Below are positions 36,374-44,346 of a DNA stretch of 64,000 bases, piece by piece. Location of the stretch: assembly GCA_014803485.1 (NCBI GenBank), contig JAAVBQ010000035.1, positions 7,428-71,427 on the forward strand. Reading direction: 5' to 3'. The stretch is from a bacterium. GTDB lineage: Bacteria; Bacteroidota; Bacteroidia; Bacteroidales; P3. A program made the position numbers and the translations under genes. Below the pieces are notes generated by a model. It saw only the letters and a list, made by a program, of their open reading frames with translations. It ran no database searches and had not been told where the DNA came from. Numbering within the stretch: the stretch's first letter is position 1; the number at the start of each line of letters is the position of its first letter.

Positions 36374-37920
36374 TGGCCGGAGTCTTGGGATGTGGGGGTA
36401 GATTGAGGGGTGAAGGCGCTTAGGTCGGGGATGTGGGCGGTTTGCAGGCTCCATTGCCGCCACTTCTGCGGATTGAGCGGCGAAGGGGTGCGGCTGAATA
36501 CAGGGAAAATCTGCATGCGCGTGTTCCTTTTATAATAATACGGATTTCTCTCAGGAATAACAAAGGGCGTGGAAAAACGGGCGGCCGCAGGCTGGCCCTC
36601 CGCACTATCGCTCTCGAAATGCGCTATATACAAAGCCGAATTGGAGCCGTTCTGCATCTTGCTCCTATACACCGCCCACTTGCCGTCCACGCTCCAGCCT
36701 GCGGCCGCCTCGCCGTCGGGACTGTTGAGTTCGTCTAAGGCGCGAAGTGTGTCTTTTTCGGTATCTATCAAATAAATATCACCCTGATTTTGCGAAGCGT
36801 GCGAGCCCATCATCATGGCCGAAACCAAGATATACCGCCCCTCGGGATGCACGGCGGGCATGGCCGCGCTCACGTGGCTGCGGCTCACGGCACTCACTAA
36901 TTCGGGTTCTCCGAAAGTATCCGTATCGGGATTGAAATCAATTTTATAGACATCATATCGGAAAGCGATAAGCGCTTCTTTCTCGTTTTCGGGAGTAAGG
37001 CTGTCTAAAGGAAGCGTGGCCGTGCGGCAGAAATAAAGGGTGCGGCCGTCGGCGCTCCACGCGGGGAAAGTGTATTGAAAGGCGGTGTCGCTCAGCGCGG
37101 GGACGGTGAAGATGCGGTCGCGGAGAATGTCGTAGAGCACGATGCGCCCGCCGTAGTCGGCGATAAGGTCTTGGGTGCGGTGGGGATTGACGTAGTTGAA
37201 AGGTGCTATCTTGGTGGTAGCAAAAGCAATATAGGGGTGCATGGGGTTGTGGGCGGGATAGGAAAGACGGAAATCGTAGGTGGCGGGGACGGCAATCTTG
37301 ACGGCGGTGTCGGCCTGAATGACAAGGGTGCCGGCGTGGGCGCCGCGTATGTGGACAATCATACGCTCGGCGTTCCCGGCGCCCACCGCATGGCAGTTCA
37401 TGCAGTTGTTGTCGGTGAGGGCGTTGTCGATAAGTAATTTATGTTCAAAGTCCTGCAAGGAGCGTTGGTAGACTTGCAGGCGGCCTCCGGGGTTGTCGTC
37501 GAAGGGGCCGGAACGGTAAATCACATAGGGATCTATGCTGTCGGGGCTGATTTTCCACGAAAAGGGCGCGAAGGTATCGATGTGGATTTTGAAAGCGCCG
37601 TGATTGGCAACAGCCTGCGAGGTGAGTTTGCGCCAAGTGCGGAGCGAAAACTGCACCTTGCCCCGCGTTTTCATCGTGAGGAAATCGACCGCCGCGCCCA
37701 TGCTGTCGCAGACATCAATCCGCACGTGGTGGCGACGGGTGCCGTTGTCGCCGATATAGAAATTGAGGGGCGCGATGTTGCAGGGCAACACCAAATCCTT
37801 GCCATAATCGGGGTAGATGAGGGTTTCGGCAGTCTCCGACTGCCTACATCCCACCGCCGCGAAAGCCACCGCTGTTATTGCCAAAACCCTATATATAAAT
37901 TTTTTAAATATCATCTTCAC
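36370..37920 (-). CDS. Family T5: lipoprotein with N-terminal domain, CMNCH motif and TolB-like PD40 beta-propeller, 516 aa
   Basis: Lipobox AFAAVGC. Motifs: YPDYGKDLVLPCNIAPLNF, DSIDPYVIYR, NCMNCH (37390-37404), YPAHNPMHPYIAFAT, FPAWSADGRTLYFC, VHPEGRYILVS, WSVDGKWAVYRSK, STPFVIPERNPYYY. Closest paralogue of T3. Ends ...DSGH. Confidence 0.8.
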   Translation of the reverse strand: MKMIFKKFIYRVLAITAVAFAAVGCRQSETAETLIYPDYGKDLVLPCNIAPLNFYIGDNGTRRHHVRIDVCDSMGAAVDFLTMKTRGKVQFSLRTWRKLTSQAVANHGAFKIHIDTFAPFSWKISPDSIDPYVIYRSGPFDDNPGGRLQVYQRSLQDFEHKLLIDNALTDNNCMNCHAVGAGNAERMIVHIRGAHAGTLVIQADTAVKIAVPATYDFRLSYPAHNPMHPYIAFATTKIAPFNYVNPHRTQDLIADYGGRIVLYDILRDRIFTVPALSDTAFQYTFPAWSADGRTLYFCRTATLPLDSLTPENEKEALIAFRYDVYKIDFNPDTDTFGEPELVSAVSRSHVSAAMPAVHPEGRYILVSAMMMGSHASQNQGDIYLIDTEKDTLRALDELNSPDGEAAAGWSVDGKWAVYRSKMQNGSNSALYIAHFESDSAEGQPAAARFSTPFVIPERNPYYYKRNTRMQIFPVFSRTPSPLNPQKWRQWSLQTAHIPDLSAFTPQSTPTSQDSGH

Positions 37921-37926
37921 TTAAAT

Positions 37927-39753
37927 TTACATCATTTTTCCGAAGAGGTAGTGGTAGGTGTAGGTGGAGGCGTATTGGCGGGTGAGGTCGGCGAAGCTTT
38001 CCCGGCCGTTCTGCACCAAATAGCGGGCCCTATACACGGCGTCCACTCTCTCGAAATTGTCTATATTAATATGAAAACCGTCGAAATCACGACGCAGGAT
38101 AATTTGCGGATTCTCGCCCTGCTCCATGCACCAAATACATAGCGCTTCCTGCACATATACAGGCAGTACAGACGCCCCGGCCGCAGCATAGGCCTTCACC
38201 ACGGCGGGCATAGCCCCAAGGTCCTTATCCAAAAGCAACAATAACGTGTAATAATCCAATAGTTCACGCTCCAACACCGCGCCTTCTTCCATGCGGCGCG
38301 CTCCGTAAATCCGCACCCATTCGTCGAGTGTCGTCCCTCCCCTCACCAATTCGGGAGAGGAAACGGGCACGGGGCGGGCTCCGTCTTCGGCACCGACACA
38401 GGCGGGCGCCGACACGCGCTGTCCGTAGAGCGTGTTTTTTACGTAGCGTTCCGTAATCTTCGCCAAACGAATTTGTTGGGTTCCGTATTCGGCGGCAAGC
38501 AAGGGTGCCGCCAGGCGGTTTTGATAGCCAACCTTTTCGGTGTAGGCAAAGATGAAAGGCACTTGCGGTGCGTATAGCCGCAGGGCATCGTAGGTTTTGA
38601 CATACGGCCACGCGCCCGCATAGGAAAACGGCAGGGCGGCGGGGTACATCAGATTCATTTCGTAGTAGTTGGAGTAGTCCAAAAAGCGGTTGCACAATTC
38701 ATCTTGCCGTAAAAGCGAAAGTTTGAGACAGGCGGCCAAAAGGAAGCGGTCTGCCGTGCTCTTTTCGTCTTTCATTTCGTCTTGGGTGGGGTGATATTTC
38801 TCGTAGTAACGGGCGCAGAGTTGCAGGCTGCGGGTGTAGTTGTCTTGTGCAATGGCGTTCTGCGCTTTGAGCAGGGTGCGCTCGAGGGGTGTTTGCAGGG
38901 AGAGGAAGCTCATGGCCAGCGCGAGGCCGAGGAAGGGCAGGAAAAGACGGGCTTCGTGGCGGCCAAAAATGCCTAAGCCCATGCCTATGATGAAGAGGGC
39001 GACCATCGCCCACACGTAGGGGGGATAGGCGAAAGCGGGGGTATAGGCCACATTCCATGCGAGCAGGGTGGCCAGCAGCAGGGCTACCAAGCCGCCGACC
39101 CAAGTTTTCGTGTTCACTTTTCCTACCACCAATATTAATACAAAACCAACCACAAACAACAAAGCCCATTTCCCGCCTATCACAAAACATAAAAGCGTAA
39201 CGACAAACAAGATGCAGGAGAATGCAAGGGGGTATATCTTCGTGCGCAGCAGTCTTGCCGTGAGGTTCAAAGCCACCATATCGAGCAGCAGGGCTATGGC
39301 AACGGCGGCGTGCAGGGGTTCGGGGTGGGTGAAGAAGTAGAAGAACAGGGGCAGTAGCAAGAGGGTGTAGACATGGGCGGTGGTGCGGCAACTGAGCAGA
39401 AAGAGGGTGGTGACGCCCGAGGCCACGAGCAAAGCGAGGGGCTTATTCAGGTAGAATTGGCTCACGAAGCGCCAAAGGAATTCGGCGATGCGGGCTTGCA
39501 GGACGTTGGGGGAGGTTCCTGCCCATAGTTCGGCATCGGAAAGGATGCCGTTTGTGGCGACAATTCCTTGTGATACACTTGCTTGTGTGCGAGAGAAGAG
39601 GCCGTCGAAAAAGGGGCGCACAAATTCGGGGAGGTAGCAGAAGAATGTGATGTGGCCTTGGTGCTCGAGGGCCGGCAGGGCGTAGAGCAGACAAAAGGCC
39701 GCGAAAGCCACCGCCGCCCCCCACGCTATGTAGGATTTTATGTGGCTCTTCAT
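37927..39753 (-). CDS. Family M4: polytopic membrane protein, 608 aa
   Basis: Start MKSHIKSYIAWGAAVAFAAFCLL at 39753 forms an ATGA overlap with the M5 stop; the track's 39972 extension would lie inside M5. Motifs: LPALEHQGHITFFCYLPEFVRPFFDG, AEFLWRFVSQFYLNKP, LKLSLLRQDELCN, LYAPQVPFIFAY, C-terminus YASTYTYHYLFGKMM. Closest paralogue of M3. Confidence 0.75.
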   Translation of the reverse strand: MKSHIKSYIAWGAAVAFAAFCLLYALPALEHQGHITFFCYLPEFVRPFFDGLFSRTQASVSQGIVATNGILSDAELWAGTSPNVLQARIAEFLWRFVSQFYLNKPLALLVASGVTTLFLLSCRTTAHVYTLLLLPLFFYFFTHPEPLHAAVAIALLLDMVALNLTARLLRTKIYPLAFSCILFVVTLLCFVIGGKWALLFVVGFVLILVVGKVNTKTWVGGLVALLLATLLAWNVAYTPAFAYPPYVWAMVALFIIGMGLGIFGRHEARLFLPFLGLALAMSFLSLQTPLERTLLKAQNAIAQDNYTRSLQLCARYYEKYHPTQDEMKDEKSTADRFLLAACLKLSLLRQDELCNRFLDYSNYYEMNLMYPAALPFSYAGAWPYVKTYDALRLYAPQVPFIFAYTEKVGYQNRLAAPLLAAEYGTQQIRLAKITERYVKNTLYGQRVSAPACVGAEDGARPVPVSSPELVRGGTTLDEWVRIYGARRMEEGAVLERELLDYYTLLLLLDKDLGAMPAVVKAYAAAGASVLPVYVQEALCIWCMEQGENPQIILRRDFDGFHINIDNFERVDAVYRARYLVQNGRESFADLTRQYASTYTYHYLFGKMM

Positions 39754-41252
39754 CGCGACTGGTTTTTCGAAAGACCTCTGTAATAGTGATACAAACTTCG
39801 CTTGTTGAGCGTGCGGCGCGTGTAGTAGAGCGTCTGACGGAAAATGTCGTATTGGTGTTCCTGCAACGAGGCTTCCAAAAGCGGCTCCAGATAGCGGTTC
39901 TGCATCCCGTATTCGTTGATGCCCGACTGTGTTAATTCGAGTGTCTTGTTGCTCAATCCCGCTGCGTTGCAAAGACTTATGTAGAGGTAGCTGTTGGCGG
40001 GAACGCCCTCGGCAGGCGCGGCCAGAAGGTTCTCTACCAAGGCTTCTTGGTTGTGTTCACCCATAAGGAGCGCATATTTGCGGGCTTCCTCCATGCGGGC
40101 CTGCACGCGGGGATCCTTGGTTTTCTTGGCAAAGGGCCCGGGATAGGCTTTTTCGGTGCTGAAATAGCGTTCACACACCATAAAGCACTTGGCGTAGTCT
40201 TGTTTTCGCAAGGCGTTGTCCACGCGTATCACGGCGCGGCGTTCGGCATCGTGCGAACAGAGAAACAGCACAAAGCCCACACAAACCGCAATGAAAGAAA
40301 GCAATACATTGTAAGAGGGCGAAAGGGCGGGTTTGCCGTCGAGCACTTCGCCCTGCCGTTTTTTCCATTCGTGGATGTATACTTTCCGATTGTTGTAGGA
40401 GTTCAACACCAAACCGGGAATGCAGGCCAGACCGTAGACAATAAGCATTGCCCACACATACCACGGGGCTTTGAAGGGCGTATAGCCCGTGTAGTGCAGG
40501 CAGACCACAGCCAAAACGGTCATCAAAACCAAGGTGATGCCCAAACTCCAACAACGGATGCGCAAAAGACCTTCTTTCTTGTCGCCCAAAGCCATAGGTA
40601 GACCTATAAGATGCACCAACGTAACGCTTATGGCGAACAGCAGGGCCCAATAGCCCACCGCATAGTAGAGTGCGACAACGGCCACCACGGCGTAGGTGTG
40701 CATGAGGATGCGGGGAAAGGGGGTGTTGGGGTGACGGGCGGCCAGGCGGGTGAGGCTGAAATAGAGCGTGAGGGCGGCCATGATGAGCCACAGACTGATG
40801 GCGGTGGAAGCCTGCACGAGGTTATAGGAGGGGAACAGCAGGAAGAACAGGGGTAGCAGGAAGGGGGTGTAGGGGCCCACGGTTTTTTTGCAGGTGTAGT
40901 AGAATCCCCATACCATAAGGCCCACCACGAGAATGATAAGCGGCACATTCATATAGAATTGACTCACAAACCGCCAAAAAAATTCATTGACGCGGGGCGT
41001 TTGGTCGATGTCGAAAAAGGGACGCACGAAATTGTGGGTGTAGGTAAAGAAGCCCGTATCGGCCTGGTGCTGGAAATAAGGCAGGTAGAAGATGAACCAA
41101 ACTACTGCGAATACAAAGACAATGAGGCCGTTGCCATATCGGAGATATTTCTCCTGCTGGGGGGTGAGCCTTTGGCCGGCGGCGTTCTGCCGATAGGCGC
41201 GGATGAAAGGAGGCCACAGTTTGGAAGGGTTGTATCGTTCAAATCTTTTCAT
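39750..41252 (-). CDS. Family M5: polytopic membrane protein, 500 aa
   Basis: MKRFERYNPSK..., LPYFQHQADTGFFTYTHNFVRPFFDI, NEFFWRFVSQFYMNVP, about 8 hydrophobic helices, a shorter soluble C-terminal domain. Confidence 0.75.
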   Translation of the reverse strand: MKRFERYNPSKLWPPFIRAYRQNAAGQRLTPQQEKYLRYGNGLIVFVFAVVWFIFYLPYFQHQADTGFFTYTHNFVRPFFDIDQTPRVNEFFWRFVSQFYMNVPLIILVVGLMVWGFYYTCKKTVGPYTPFLLPLFFLLFPSYNLVQASTAISLWLIMAALTLYFSLTRLAARHPNTPFPRILMHTYAVVAVVALYYAVGYWALLFAISVTLVHLIGLPMALGDKKEGLLRIRCWSLGITLVLMTVLAVVCLHYTGYTPFKAPWYVWAMLIVYGLACIPGLVLNSYNNRKVYIHEWKKRQGEVLDGKPALSPSYNVLLSFIAVCVGFVLFLCSHDAERRAVIRVDNALRKQDYAKCFMVCERYFSTEKAYPGPFAKKTKDPRVQARMEEARKYALLMGEHNQEALVENLLAAPAEGVPANSYLYISLCNAAGLSNKTLELTQSGINEYGMQNRYLEPLLEASLQEHQYDIFRQTLYYTRRTLNKRSLYHYYRGLSKNQSR

Positions 41253-41296
41253 CTTATAGTTGCTGTGTTGCTTTCACAATGATACAAAATTTGCCG

Positions 41297-41304
41297 TACA
41301 TTTG
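41297..41304 (+). promoter_or_regulatory. Candidate -7 box TACATTTG upstream of the helicase gene
   Basis: Matches TAnnTTTG, 33 nt before the ATG at 41337, in an 84-nt divergent gap. I saw no convincing -33 element. Confidence 0.3.
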
Positions 41305-41336
41305 TCATCTTGGCATAAAAGAAAGATTAGATTTCC

Positions 41337-43856
41337 ATGAGTATTTTAGACGGATTGAACCCCGAACAGAGGGCGGCGGCCGAACAGACCGAAGGTCCGG
41401 TGATGATTATCGCGGGTGCGGGCTCGGGCAAGACGCGCACACTCACCTACCGCATCGCCTATCTTTTGGAACAAGGGGCAGACCCGTTCCGCATTCTGGC
41501 GCTCACCTTCACCAACAAGGCCGCCCGCGAAATGAACGAGCGTATCACGCGCCTGGTGGGGCCCTCGGCCCGCGCCTTGTGGATGGGCACCTTTCACTCC
41601 ATTTTTGCAAAAATCCTGCGTGCCGAAGCGCCTTTGCTGGGCTACGACAAAAGTTTTACCATCTACGATACGGACGATAGCAAAGCTTTGATAAAGAAGA
41701 TTGTAAAGGATTTCAACTTAGATCCCAAACAATATAAGGATTCGCGTATCCTCTACCGTATCTCCATGGCCAAGAACAGTTTGATTTCGGCGGAATACTA
41801 TGTGGAGAACGGGGCGTATCTGGAGGAGGACACGGCGATGAGGATGCCTGAATTGGGGCGTATCTTTGTGGAATACAGCAATCGGCTCAAACAGGCGTCG
41901 ATTATGGATTTCGACGACTTGCTTTTCAACACCAACGTATTGTTCCGCGATTTTCCCGAAGTGCTGCTGAAATATCAACGTCGTTTCCGCTATCTTATGG
42001 TGGATGAGTATCAAGATACCAACTATGCGCAGTATTTGATTGTGAAGAAGTTGGCGGCGGCGCACAAGAATCTTTGCGTGGTGGGCGACGATTCGCAGAG
42101 CATTTACAGTTTCCGGGGGGCCAACATCCGCAATATCTTGAATTTCGAACACGACTACCCCGATGCGCACCGCTACAAATTGGAACAGAACTATCGTTCT
42201 TCGGGGCATATCGTGGCGTTGTCGAACTCCATCATTTCGCACAATAAAGATCGCATTCCCAAGGAGATATGGACCGACAACGAAACGGGGAACAAAGTGA
42301 AGCTCCTGTGTTCGGCCTCGGATATAGACGAGGGCAACAGCGTGGCGGGAGAAATCTTCCACTTCAAGATGAACCGTCAGGCGCGCCCCAAGGATTTTGC
42401 GGTGCTCTACCGCACCAACAGTCAGAGTAAGGCTATTGAAGACGCTTTGCGCAAATACAATATCCCCTATCGTATCTACGGGGGATTGAGCTTTTACAGA
42501 CGCAAGGAAATCAAGGATATATTGAGTTATTTCCGCTGGGTGGTGAACCCCAACGACGAGGAGGCGCTTTTGCGCTGCATCAACAATCCCGCGCGGGGTG
42601 TGGGCGACACCACGCTCACGCGGCTCCGTCTGCTCGGCATTCTTTCGGGCGGGGGCTCGTGGCGGGGCTTGGAATATTTGCGGGCGGGCGATGTTTTCAC
42701 GCCCCTCGCCTCTTCCGCGCTTCCCACCGATTTGCTTGTGAACATGGGCGTTCCGCAAGATGTTTTCGCTTCGCCCCAATCATTGCAGGCCTATAGGATG
42801 CAGGTGGCCTCGATGATTAATTCGAGCATACGCACACGCCTTTTCGGCTTGATGGACACGATTTTAAGTCTGCACGCGCGGGTGGCGCAGACCGATGCCT
42901 ATCAAATGGCTTCCGAAATCTGGAAATCTTCGGGCTTGGCGGCGGAATACAAGGCCGAGGAAACGCCCGAAAGCGAGAACCGCATGGGCAACGTGGAGGA
43001 ATTGCTCAATTCAGTGAAGACGTTTTGCGAGAGCGATCCTCTTATGGTGGACGAGGAGACGGGCGAAATGGTGCGTATGGAGGGGGTGGTGACGCTCGAC
43101 CGCTTCCTGCAGGACGTGGCTTTGCTCACCGACCAGGACGAAAAGGACGACGAGCAGCAGGATAAGGTGACGCTGATGACGATTCATGCGTCGAAGGGCT
43201 TGGAATTTCCCTATGTGTTTGTGGTGGGGTGCGAGGAGGAGCTTTTTCCTGCCGCGCAGAGCGTGAACAACCGCGAGGATGTGGAGGAGGAGCGGCGTTT
43301 GTTTTATGTGGCGGCCACGCGGGCCGAAAAGAGTTTGTGGCTGTCTTTCGCCAACCGCAGGATGCGGTGGGGGGAAACGAATTTTACCGAGCCGAGCCGC
43401 TTTTTATTGGAATTGGATACGGAGCATCTCGAAAATCCTTCGGTTCTCGACAGAAATCCTTTCGACGGGATTGATTTTGACAGCGATATGGACGACTCTT
43501 GGGCTCCGATGTCTCGGACCCCGTCGCGGCCGATGCCGCGACAGGCGCCGCGCCCTGCAGCGGGGGGCTTTGCGGGGGGCAGTTTCAAGGTGAAGCCGGA
43601 TTTATCTTCGGGCAAGTTCAAGAAACTGTCGCAGGTGGAGGCGGGCGCGGCGCCCGCCGGCGGAAACGCTGGCGGGGCCGAGGCTTCGGCTTTGGTTCCC
43701 GGCAAAAAGGTGCGTCATGCCAAATTCGGAGAGGGCGTGATTGTGGGTGCGGAGGGCGAAGGTGCCAACCGCAAGCTCACCGTGCGTTTCTCCGCGCCCG
43801 GTGTGGGCGAAAAGACCCTTCTTACCAAATTCGCCAAATTGGATATTGTCGGATAA
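41337..43856 (+). CDS. uvrD: UvrD/PcrA/Rep-family ATP-dependent DNA helicase, 839 aa
   Basis: LNPEQRAAAE, Walker A AGAGSGKTRTLTYRIAYL, LALTFTNKAAREM, MVDEYQDTNYAQY, SIYSFRGA, LEQNYRS, TIHASKGLEF, RLFYVAATRA. C-terminal KVRHAKFGEGVIV... Tudor-like tail, preceded by a low-complexity Pro/Ala/Gly linker. Confidence 0.95.
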   Translation: MSILDGLNPEQRAAAEQTEGPVMIIAGAGSGKTRTLTYRIAYLLEQGADPFRILALTFTNKAAREMNERITRLVGPSARALWMGTFHSIFAKILRAEAPLLGYDKSFTIYDTDDSKALIKKIVKDFNLDPKQYKDSRILYRISMAKNSLISAEYYVENGAYLEEDTAMRMPELGRIFVEYSNRLKQASIMDFDDLLFNTNVLFRDFPEVLLKYQRRFRYLMVDEYQDTNYAQYLIVKKLAAAHKNLCVVGDDSQSIYSFRGANIRNILNFEHDYPDAHRYKLEQNYRSSGHIVALSNSIISHNKDRIPKEIWTDNETGNKVKLLCSASDIDEGNSVAGEIFHFKMNRQARPKDFAVLYRTNSQSKAIEDALRKYNIPYRIYGGLSFYRRKEIKDILSYFRWVVNPNDEEALLRCINNPARGVGDTTLTRLRLLGILSGGGSWRGLEYLRAGDVFTPLASSALPTDLLVNMGVPQDVFASPQSLQAYRMQVASMINSSIRTRLFGLMDTILSLHARVAQTDAYQMASEIWKSSGLAAEYKAEETPESENRMGNVEELLNSVKTFCESDPLMVDEETGEMVRMEGVVTLDRFLQDVALLTDQDEKDDEQQDKVTLMTIHASKGLEFPYVFVVGCEEELFPAAQSVNNREDVEEERRLFYVAATRAEKSLWLSFANRRMRWGETNFTEPSRFLLELDTEHLENPSVLDRNPFDGIDFDSDMDDSWAPMSRTPSRPMPRQAPRPAAGGFAGGSFKVKPDLSSGKFKKLSQVEAGAAPAGGNAGGAEASALVPGKKVRHAKFGEGVIVGAEGEGANRKLTVRFSAPGVGEKTLLTKFAKLDIVG

Positions 43857-43857
43857 T

Positions 43858-43889
43858 AAAAAAGCCCGCCTATCGGCGGGCTTTTTTTG
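43858..43889. terminator. Bidirectional rho-independent terminator between convergent genes
   Basis: aaaaaa-gcccgcc-tatc-ggcgggc-ttttttt: a 7-bp GC stem (43864-43870 / 43875-43881) flanked by an A-run and a T-run. Confidence 0.8.
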
Positions 43890-43903
43890 TCGAAGGAACG
43901 TCC

Positions 43904-44283
43904 TTACTTCGCTTCTTCGCACTTCTTTTCGCAAGGCTTGTCGCATTTCTTTTCGCAAGCCTTTTCGCACTTCTTCTCGCACTTGAGCTCGTTGCAGGGC
44001 TTGTGGCAGATGCAATCTTCGGCGCAAGTCTTAGCTTCGCAAGCCGCCTTGTCGGTGCAGGTGCACTTGGGGCATTCGGCCTTGCAGGGCTTGTGGCAGA
44101 TGCAGTCTTCACCGCATTCCATCTTCGCGCACACCGTGCTGTCGGCACAGGGGCACGGAGCCGGGCATTCCTTTACACATTCGGTCTTGGCCTCTTGGCA
44201 CTCAACCGCTTCATTGTTCTTGGCTTTGTTGTTGCAAGCCACCAGTCCCAAGCAAAGCAGGACGGGAATAATCAGTTTTTTCA
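43904..44283 (-). CDS. Cysteine-packed small lipoprotein (about 25 Cys in ~109 mature residues), metallothionein-like composition
   Basis: ATG at 44283 gives MKKLIIPVLLCLGLVAC (lipobox). The mature part is CNNKAKNNEAVECQEAKTECVKECPAPCPCADSTVCAKMECGEDCICHKPCKAECPKCTCTDKAACEAKTCAEDCICHKPCNELKCEKKCEKACEKKCDKPCEKKCEEAK. The track's TTG start at 44302 adds 6 unlikely residues. Confidence 0.7.
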
Positions 44284-44346
44284 TGTCTTTATGTTTTTGC
44301 AAAAACTTCGCAAAGTTACATAAATTCCCTAAAACTTAATTTTCAT

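Noticed and set aside
25106-37920. Calling the T proteins genuine TolB (Tol-Pal system)
   Set aside because: There are five lipidated paralogues with an extra N-terminal domain and a CXXCH motif, and no tolQRA/pal neighbours. Only the PD40 propeller repeats are TolB-like.
21805-41252. M family as cytochrome c synthase (CcsBA/ResBC), paired with CXXCH proteins
   Set aside because: I saw no WWD-type tryptophan-rich heme-handling motif (WGxxWxWD) and no ResB-like pattern. The conserved motif is F(L/F)WRFVSQFY, which I cannot equate with any heme lyase. This remains pure speculation.
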